Source of the DNA: Candidatus Multivoradales bacterium
GTDB taxonomy: Bacteria > Acidobacteriota > Thermoanaerobaculia > Multivoradales > J023
NCBI GenBank assembly: GCA_965248925.1
Contig: CBDFLE010000006.1
Span: 544,001-608,000, forward strand
Direction of reading: 5' to 3'
Length of the DNA stretch: 64,000 bases
Shown: positions 57,567 to 64,000 of the stretch, piece after piece
Numbering within the stretch: position 1 is the stretch's first letter
Layout: each line of letters begins with the position of its first letter
Notes under the pieces: model-generated
The model's database searches: none
What the model saw: only the letters and a program-made list of their open reading frames with translations
Told to the model about the DNA's origin: nothing
Program-made: the position numbers and the translations under genes

Positions 57567-57964
57567 TCCTGCTGGACACTCACACTTTGATCTGGCTCGA
57601 CAAGGGCGACCGGCGGCTGGGCTCCAAGGCCCGTCAGATGGCCGACGCCGCCTATCAAGACGGTGAGCTGGCAGTTTCGGCGATCTCCTTCTGGGAAGCT
57701 GCCATGCTGGTAGATCGCCAGCGGATCGAACTCGCCATGCCAATACTGCTGTGGCGTCAGGATTTGCTGGCGGCCGGATTGATCGAGGTCAAAATTAGCG
57801 GTGAGATCGGCATTGTGGCGGCAACTCTAGATTCCTTCCATGGTGATCCAGCAGATCGGCTGATCACCGCCACAGCGGCGGTTAAACAGGCGCGGCTGGT
57901 CACCGCAGACCGCAAGATCCTCGGTTGGAAGGGCAGCCTACAGTGCCAGGACGCGAGGCATTGA
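57563..57964 (+). CDS. vapC: VapC/PIN-domain toxin
   Basis: ILLDTH, SAISFWE, HGDPADR, VTAD; GTGA overlap with the antitoxin gene. Confidence 0.92.
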   Translation: MILLDTHTLIWLDKGDRRLGSKARQMADAAYQDGELAVSAISFWEAAMLVDRQRIELAMPILLWRQDLLAAGLIEVKISGEIGIVAATLDSFHGDPADRLITATAAVKQARLVTADRKILGWKGSLQCQDARH

Positions 57965-58009
57965 TCCCCGATTAAGGCACTACGCATGGGCAAGAGCTTC
58001 AGAACTCGC

Positions 58010-58666
58010 TTAAGGAGCCTTCTCGGCCACCGGCACGGCCTCGAGATTGACCGTGATCTTGATCACCTCGCCGAGCACCGTCGTGCCCTGATCGAGCACC
58101 TCATTCCAAGTGATGCCGTAGTCGCTGCGGTTGATGTGGAAGGTGGCCGAGAAACCGGCCTTGGGACCTTGGGGGGTGTCCATCACGCCAATCACTTGGA
58201 CCGGAACGATGACGTTCTCCACCCGGCCGCGGAGCTTGAGCTGGCCGGTGATCATCAGCACCCCATCGTCGTCGACTACCCGAGTGCTCTTGAAAGTCAG
58301 GGTCGGATAGTGCTCGACGTCGAAAAAGTCTTTGGAGCGCAGGTGCCGGTCGCGCTCCGGGTTGTTGGTGTCGACCGAGGCCGCGGCCACCACCAACTCG
58401 ACCCCTGAGCGCTCTAGGTCGTCGGCATCGTAGACGATGGTGCCGGACACCTCATTGAAACGCCCCGGCACTTGGGTGAGGAAATGCCGGACCGAGAAAC
58501 CGACGTGGCTGTGCACCGGATCGACAGTCCAAGTAGCCGGCTTGGCCAGCGCCGCCGGCACCCCCAACATGGTCGCCAGCAGGGCGATCCCCAGCACCCA
58601 CACCGGCGACAAGTACGACCTCTTCAGTCGCCGTGAAGGCTCAGTTGTATCAGTCCCGTAACGCAT
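58010..58666 (-). CDS. YceI-family periplasmic protein
   Basis: WTVDPVHSHVGFSVRH, RDRHLRSKDFFD, INRSDYG. Confidence 0.92.
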   Translation of the reverse strand: MRYGTDTTEPSRRLKRSYLSPVWVLGIALLATMLGVPAALAKPATWTVDPVHSHVGFSVRHFLTQVPGRFNEVSGTIVYDADDLERSGVELVVAAASVDTNNPERDRHLRSKDFFDVEHYPTLTFKSTRVVDDDGVLMITGQLKLRGRVENVIVPVQVIGVMDTPQGPKAGFSATFHINRSDYGITWNEVLDQGTTVLGEVIKITVNLEAVPVAEKAP

Positions 58667-58704
58667 GTCTATCTCCTGCTTCTCGTTCGGCTGGGCGGGG
58701 CAAT

Positions 58705-60111
58705 CTAAAGGTAAGGCACCAGCTCATCCCAAGAGCCGCTCTCGAGCGTATCTTTGACCACCTTCATGAAATGGTCGGCGTCGGCACCGTCGATCAGGCG
58801 ATGATCGAAGGTGATGGCGAAGTAGGACATCACCCGGATCGCCAAGGCGTCGGCGCCGTCGGCATCGGTGATCACCACCGGCCGCTTTTCGATCGTGCCA
58901 GTGCTCAAGATCGCCACCTGCGGCTGGTTGATCACCGGCGTACCAAATTGGCTGCCGAAGACTCCGGGATTGGTTACCGTGAAAGTGCCCCCCTGGGTCT
59001 CCTGCGGCTTGAGCTTCTTACCCCGCGCGCGCTCGGCGAGGTCGTTGGCGGCACGGGCCAGGCCGACGACATTGAGAGAGTCGGCGTTCTTGATCACCGG
59101 CACGATCAGGCCGCGGTCGAAGGACACCGCCATACCCAGATTGACGTCTTTCTTGTAGATGATGTTGTCGCCGTCGATGGCGGCATTCAGCTGTGGGAAT
59201 TTACGAATCCCGCGGCCCACCGCCTTGAAAATAAAGGGCATGTAGGTGAGCTTGGTACCAACTTGCGCCAGAAAGCGCTCCTTGGCCCGGCGACGCAAGT
59301 TGTCGACCCGGGTCATGTCGATGTGAAAGACCGTCGTTACATGAGCCGAAGTCGCCTTCGAATAGGTCATGTGGGCGGCGGTGAGCTGGCGAATGCGCGA
59401 CATCGGCACCACCTCAACGTTCTCGTGGGCGCCGTAAGCCGCCACCGAGTAGCTGCCGGCAGGGCGTGCAGCGCCGGTAGGCGCCGCCGCGGCCACGGCG
59501 GGCTTGGCAACCGCCTCGGCGGCCGGCTGCTCCACCTCGCCGGCGGCCCGACGTTCCAGGTAGGCGAGGATGTCTTTCTTGGTCACCCGACCATGGACGC
59601 CACTGCCCTCGACGGCGCTCAGCTCGACCCCCTCCTGTCGCGCGATGTTGCGGACCAGCGGACTGGAAAAACGGCGGATGCGCTCTTCCAGGCTAATCTC
59701 ACCGCTACCAGGCTCGATGGGGATCTCGACCGAGTCAGTCGGTGTCACTCTCACCGTCGTCGTGGTAGCCGCCGAAGCAGCGGTCTCAGCGGGCAAGTCC
59801 GGCGCCATCTCCCCCGCCGCCGCACTTGTTTTCTCTCCGGTTTTCTCTCCGGTTTTCTCCCCGGCCTTCTCCCCGGCCTCACCAATCCGAGCGACGATCT
59901 CGTTGACCGACACGGTCACCCCTTCGCCGTGGATAATCTCCAGCAGAATCCCTGATTCCGGACTCGGAATCTCGGAATCGACTTTATCGGTCGAGATTTC
60001 CAACAGTGGTTGCTCGCGCTCGACGCGCTCGCCGACCTGCACCAACCAACGGGTGATGGTGCCCTCGGCGATCGACTCGCCCATTTGGGGCATCAAGACT
60101 TCGGTTGCCAT
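58705..60111 (-). CDS. 2-oxoacid dehydrogenase E2 (dihydrolipoamide acyltransferase)
   Basis: Single lipoyl domain (STDKVD), E3-binding GSGVHGRVTKKD, catalytic DHRLIDG. Substrate specificity (sucB versus pdhC/bkd) not resolvable. Confidence 0.93.
   Translation of the reverse strand: MATEVLMPQMGESIAEGTITRWLVQVGERVEREQPLLEISTDKVDSEIPSPESGILLEIIHGEGVTVSVNEIVARIGEAGEKAGEKTGEKTGEKTSAAAGEMAPDLPAETAASAATTTTVRVTPTDSVEIPIEPGSGEISLEERIRRFSSPLVRNIARQEGVELSAVEGSGVHGRVTKKDILAYLERRAAGEVEQPAAEAVAKPAVAAAAPTGAARPAGSYSVAAYGAHENVEVVPMSRIRQLTAAHMTYSKATSAHVTTVFHIDMTRVDNLRRRAKERFLAQVGTKLTYMPFIFKAVGRGIRKFPQLNAAIDGDNIIYKKDVNLGMAVSFDRGLIVPVIKNADSLNVVGLARAANDLAERARGKKLKPQETQGGTFTVTNPGVFGSQFGTPVINQPQVAILSTGTIEKRPVVITDADGADALAIRVMSYFAITFDHRLIDGADADHFMKVVKDTLESGSWDELVPYL
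59829..59876 (-). repeat. Four tandem 12-bp repeats in the E2 linker (GEKT/GEKA)
   Basis: TTTTCTCTCCGG-like units. Confidence 0.85.
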
Positions 60112-60148
60112 AGCCTGTGGTCTCCTGCTCAGCTAACGTCCGTCAATC

Positions 60149-61552
60149 TCAGCTGTGAATGCTGTGGCCAAAAGCAGCGTGAGCTGCTTCCATGACACCT
60201 TCGCTGAGGGTCGGATGGGCGTGCATGGTGCGGAAAAGCTCTTCGGTGGTCGATTCGACTTGCAAAGCCACACAAGCCTCGGCGATCAAGTCGGTGGCGT
60301 GGGCGCCAAGAATGTGAACGCCGAGCAGCTCATCATAGCGGGTGTCGCGAACGATCTTCACGAAACCCTCCGGATGGCCCAGAATCCCCGCCTTGCCAAG
60401 AGCGCTGAAAGGGAATTTACCCACCGCCACTTGATGGCCACGGCGCTCGGCCTCGGTCTCGGTCAAGCCAACGCTAGCCACTTCAGGGTGGCAGTAGGTG
60501 CAAGAAGGCACCCGGTCGTAGTCAATCGGCCGCACCTTCTCGCCGGCCATGTGCTCGGCCGCCAAGATGCCTTCGTGCGAGGCGACATGGGCCAGCCACG
60601 GGGTGTCTACCACATCGCCGATGGCATAGATCCCCGGCACGCTGGTCTGCATCTGAGCATTGATGCCGATGTAGCCACGCTCATCGACCTTGACCCCGGC
60701 GGCGGCCAGACCGATCGACGAACTCAGCGGCGCGCGGCCGGCGGCAACCAGCAAGGTGGCGACTTCGAGCTTGGCTTCTTCTCCCTCTTTGTCGAGAGTC
60801 AGCTCGAGACCGTTTTCGGTCGGCAGGATGCGCGCCAGCCGAGTGTTGGTGCGGCAATCGATACCGCGCTTGCCCAGCGCCCGCTCGAGCTCGGCAGAGA
60901 TCTCCTGGTCTTCGATCGGCAACACCTGCGGCAGCATCTCGATCAAAGTGACCTGCGAACCGAAGGAGTTGAATACCGAGGCGAACTCGGTACCCACCGC
61001 CCCAGCCCCAAGCACCGCCAGGCTCTCGGGCACCCGGTCGAAGGCGAGAATCTGATCAGAGTTGACAATGCGCTCGCCATCTACCGGCGCGAAGGGCAGC
61101 GCCCGAGGCACCGAGCCGGTGGCGATCAATACGTTCTTGGCTTGGTAGAGCATGGTCGAGTCAGTGCCTTCGACCTCGACTTCATGGGCTCCCACTAAGC
61201 GGCCAAAGCCGTGCAAACCATCGATCTTGTTCTTCTTGAACAGCAACTCGATGCCGCGAGCGTTCTTGTCGACCACCCGGCTCTTGTAAGCCTGAGCCTT
61301 GGGCAGGTCGAGCTGAGGCTCGCCCAACTCGACGCCAAACTGGGAAGCCTGGCGAGCAGCGTCGAGGGTGGCGGCGGTGTGCAACAGGGCCTTGGTGGGA
61401 ATGCAGCCGCGGTGCAAGCAAGTGCCGCCGAAGGCCGGGTCTTTCTCCACCACCGCGACCCGCAGGCCAAGTTGAGCGGCGCGAATCGCCGCCACGTAGC
61501 CACCCGGACCACTGCCGACGACTATCAAATCGTAGTTTTTGACTGAACTCAA
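60149..61552 (-). CDS. lpdA: Dihydrolipoyl dehydrogenase
   Basis: GSGPGG, GGTCLHRGCIPTK, HAHPTLSE; probable TTG start. Confidence 0.95.
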   Translation of the reverse strand: MSSVKNYDLIVVGSGPGGYVAAIRAAQLGLRVAVVEKDPAFGGTCLHRGCIPTKALLHTAATLDAARQASQFGVELGEPQLDLPKAQAYKSRVVDKNARGIELLFKKNKIDGLHGFGRLVGAHEVEVEGTDSTMLYQAKNVLIATGSVPRALPFAPVDGERIVNSDQILAFDRVPESLAVLGAGAVGTEFASVFNSFGSQVTLIEMLPQVLPIEDQEISAELERALGKRGIDCRTNTRLARILPTENGLELTLDKEGEEAKLEVATLLVAAGRAPLSSSIGLAAAGVKVDERGYIGINAQMQTSVPGIYAIGDVVDTPWLAHVASHEGILAAEHMAGEKVRPIDYDRVPSCTYCHPEVASVGLTETEAERRGHQVAVGKFPFSALGKAGILGHPEGFVKIVRDTRYDELLGVHILGAHATDLIAEACVALQVESTTEELFRTMHAHPTLSEGVMEAAHAAFGHSIHS

Positions 61553-61597
61553 CTGAGATTCTCCGCTAGGCCGCGCGACACGCGGCAATGGAACGGT

Positions 61598-62494
61598 TCA
61601 GGGGATGGCCTCGGCGATGGCTGGCGGCACTACTGATTGGTAGCGCCCCGGCTTGACCTGCCGCAATTTGCCGATCGGATGCTCGACCTCGTGGCAGAAG
61701 AAGCACCACCAATCTTCGGCCGCGGCGCGCGGCAACCAGCGTTCCTTGTTGGCCATGGTGTCGAGCGGATAAAGATCGAAGCCCATCACCCAGGGATAGG
61801 GCAAATGGGCGGTTGTCGGTACCAAGTCGGCCCAGAAGACGGCTTTGTTGACCTCACCAGCTGCCGCTTCACCACCGTCGAGCAGGACGATGCACATATC
61901 AGCATTGTGCCCCGGCGCGCGCACTGCCTCGACCCCCTCGATCGGCCGGGCGTGGTCGTCGAACAACTCAACTACCCCAGCCTCCAGCAGGGGCTCCCAG
62001 TTGCGGGCATCGTAGGAGGCCCGGTCGCGCGCATTGGGCTGCCGGGCATGGAGGAGTTCATCTCGCTGCAGCCAGTAGCGGGCGTTCGGAAAGGTCGGCC
62101 GCAGCTCACCGCCGATCTCTCGGGTGAGCCAGCCACAGTGATCGAAATGCAGGTGTGTGGGCAAAACGTGGGTGATATCGCCAAGTTCGTAGCCCGCCTG
62201 GCTGATCTGTTCAGGCAAGCGGACGGCGTCTGCCGGCATGCCGAATTGGTCGTAAAATCGCCGATCGTCGTGCTTGTCTCCGATGCCGGCATCGATCAAC
62301 AACAAGTCCTGGCCACGCTCCACCAGCAGGCAGTTGGTGGTCATGGCGATCCGGTTTCGCGAGTCAGCAGGTTTTTGGCGCTCCCACAGCACCCGCGGGA
62401 CAACGCCGAACATGGCGCCGCCATCGAGCCTGAAGCCGCCATCGTCGACGAGCTGCAAGCGGAGGTCTCCGAGCTGGATCGCTGGCTGATTCAC
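61598..62494 (-). CDS. MBL-fold metallo-hydrolase (YtnP-like)
   Basis: LDGGAMFGVVP, THLHFDH, PGH, WVMGFDLYP; probable GTG start. Confidence 0.9.
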   Translation of the reverse strand: MNQPAIQLGDLRLQLVDDGGFRLDGGAMFGVVPRVLWERQKPADSRNRIAMTTNCLLVERGQDLLLIDAGIGDKHDDRRFYDQFGMPADAVRLPEQISQAGYELGDITHVLPTHLHFDHCGWLTREIGGELRPTFPNARYWLQRDELLHARQPNARDRASYDARNWEPLLEAGVVELFDDHARPIEGVEAVRAPGHNADMCIVLLDGGEAAAGEVNKAVFWADLVPTTAHLPYPWVMGFDLYPLDTMANKERWLPRAAAEDWWCFFCHEVEHPIGKLRQVKPGRYQSVVPPAIAEAIP

Positions 62495-62687
62495 GACTCT
62501 TGATAGATCTGGGAGTAGGTCGGGTCGAGGCGGTCGATCCGACCGTTGAGCGAGCTGAGGCAGGATAGCATGACTAGCCATTGATCACGACCGGCAGACC
62601 GCGCCAGAACCCGCTAGAATCCCCCCCGTCGGCGAGGCTGCGAAGCCTTGCTCAGCCTTCTGCGACCGCGATTTCCGGAGGAAAACC

Positions 62688-63731
62688 ATGTCACTCGATA
62701 GCCTGCAAGATGTCGCCCGCGCCTTGGTTGCGCCCGGCAAGGGAATCCTCGCTGCCGACGAGAGCAGCGGCACGATCAAGAAGCGTTTCGATTCGATCAA
62801 CCTGGAGTCCACCGCGGCAACCCGGCGCGCCTACCGCGATCTGCTCTTCACCGCCGCCGAGGTCGATAACTACTTCAGCGGGGTGATTCTCTTCGACGAA
62901 ACTCTGCGCCAAGACTCACTCGCCGGCAAGTCCTTTCCCCGCCTGCTGACCGAGCGCGGCATCCTGCCCGGCATCAAAGTCGATATGGGCGCCAAGGCCC
63001 TCGCCGGAGCGGCGGGCGAAAAAGTCACCGAGGGCCTCGACGGCCTGCGTGAACGTTGTGCCGAATACCGCTCGTTGGGTGCCCGCTTCGCCAAGTGGCG
63101 GGCGGTAATCACCATCGGCGGGGACAAGCAGGGAAAAACCATCCCCAGCGACTACTGCCTGGAAGCCAATGCCCACTCCCTGGCGCGCTACGCCGCGCTG
63201 TCGCTGGAACAGGACCTGGTACCGATCGTCGAGCCCGAGGTGTTGATGGACGGCGGCCACAGCATCGAGCGCTGCGAAGAAGTCACCGAGCGCATTCTGG
63301 CGCGGGTGTTCGCGGCACTGCGCCAGCAGCGGGTGCCCCTGGAGCAGATTCTGCTGAAACCCAACATGGTCCTTTCCGGCAGTGATTGTCCGCGGCAAGC
63401 CAACGTCGCCCAGGTCGCCGAGGCCACGGTGCGCTGTTTCCGCCGCCACGTGCCGGCAGCGGTAGCAGGCATCGTCTTCCTCTCAGGCGGCCAGCCGGAC
63501 ATTGTCGCCACCGCTCATCTGGGCGAGATGAACCGCCGCTTCGAGCTGCCCTGGGAGCTGAGCTTCTCCTACGGCCGAGCCCTGCAAGCCCCGGCCCTGG
63601 CAGCCTGGCAAGGCCAGCCAGAGAAGGTTGCCGAGGCGCAACAGGCCCTGCAACATCGCGCCAAGCTCAATAGCGCCGCCCGCGCCGGCAGCTACAGCGA
63701 AACCATGGAGACCGCGGCAGCGGCTTCCTAA
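62688..63731 (+). CDS. Class I fructose-bisphosphate aldolase
   Basis: GKGILAADES, GIKVD, AKWR, PIVEPE, LKPNMV, FLSGGQ, SYGRALQ. Confidence 0.96.
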   Translation: MSLDSLQDVARALVAPGKGILAADESSGTIKKRFDSINLESTAATRRAYRDLLFTAAEVDNYFSGVILFDETLRQDSLAGKSFPRLLTERGILPGIKVDMGAKALAGAAGEKVTEGLDGLRERCAEYRSLGARFAKWRAVITIGGDKQGKTIPSDYCLEANAHSLARYAALSLEQDLVPIVEPEVLMDGGHSIERCEEVTERILARVFAALRQQRVPLEQILLKPNMVLSGSDCPRQANVAQVAEATVRCFRRHVPAAVAGIVFLSGGQPDIVATAHLGEMNRRFELPWELSFSYGRALQAPALAAWQGQPEKVAEAQQALQHRAKLNSAARAGSYSETMETAAAAS

Positions 63732-63775
63732 AAAAACTGCACTTGACGACAGCCAACCCGACGAGATCCAGGGCC

Positions 63776-64000
63776 ATGAACTCCACCCACCTCAAGCACT
63801 ACGCCCGCCTGCTGGTCGAGCACGGCGCTGGCGTGCGCGCCGACCAGGAGGTCTTTGTTCATGGCGAGCGCATCCACCGCGATCTAGCGCTACACGTCGG
63901 CGAAGCGGCCTATGACCTCGGCGCCCGGGCGGTGAACTATTGGTTCAAGGATCCCCTGGTATCCGCGCAGCGTATTCGCCGTGGCCAAATGGAGAGGATC
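63776..64000 (+). CDS. M29 aminopeptidase (AmpS/AmpT-like); 3'-partial
   Basis: MNSTHLKHYARLLVEHGAGVRADQEV...EAAYDLGARAV, open to the window edge. Confidence 0.75.
   Translation, partial: MNSTHLKHYARLLVEHGAGVRADQEVFVHGERIHRDLALHVGEAAYDLGARAVNYWFKDPLVSAQRIRRGQMERI

Noticed and set aside
1-64000. tRNA, rRNA, transposase or prophage genes
   Set aside because: None recognised by eye; tRNAscan-SE, Infernal and ISEScan would be needed to exclude them formally.

Overview
GC-rich bacterial chromosomal window of about 50 genes. The gene content (VWA/Ig proteins, Ser/Thr kinase-TPR, FHA-sigma54 activator, Cys-rich secreted proteins) suggests Acidobacteriota or a similar lineage; this is inference only. 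Housekeeping genes include clpS-clpA, mscL, xth, an rlmI-like gene, aroC, panB-panE-panC-panD, lpdA with an E2 subunit, a class I aldolase and several peptidases. Accessory elements are: (1) a ~8 kb block at 34.9-43.1 kb holding a secreted two-CxxCH protein with a hydrazine-synthase-alpha-like segment, a broken FHA/sigma54 activator with a GVATGV loop, a multiply broken Ser/Thr kinase-TPR gene, and a -24/-12 promoter ahead of a secreted FG-GAP-like protein; (2) an RND pump gene fused in frame to its TolC channel through a signal-peptide-like linker, with a TetR regulator and two matching operators; (3) a membrane-anchored TIR-DUF1566 protein; (4) an ECF sigma/anti-sigma/secreted protein triad; (5) three toxin-antitoxin loci plus a decayed hicBA remnant; and (6) many short tandem duplications. 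I saw no rRNA, tRNA, CRISPR array or transposase. All calls come from reading motifs by eye; no database searches were run.
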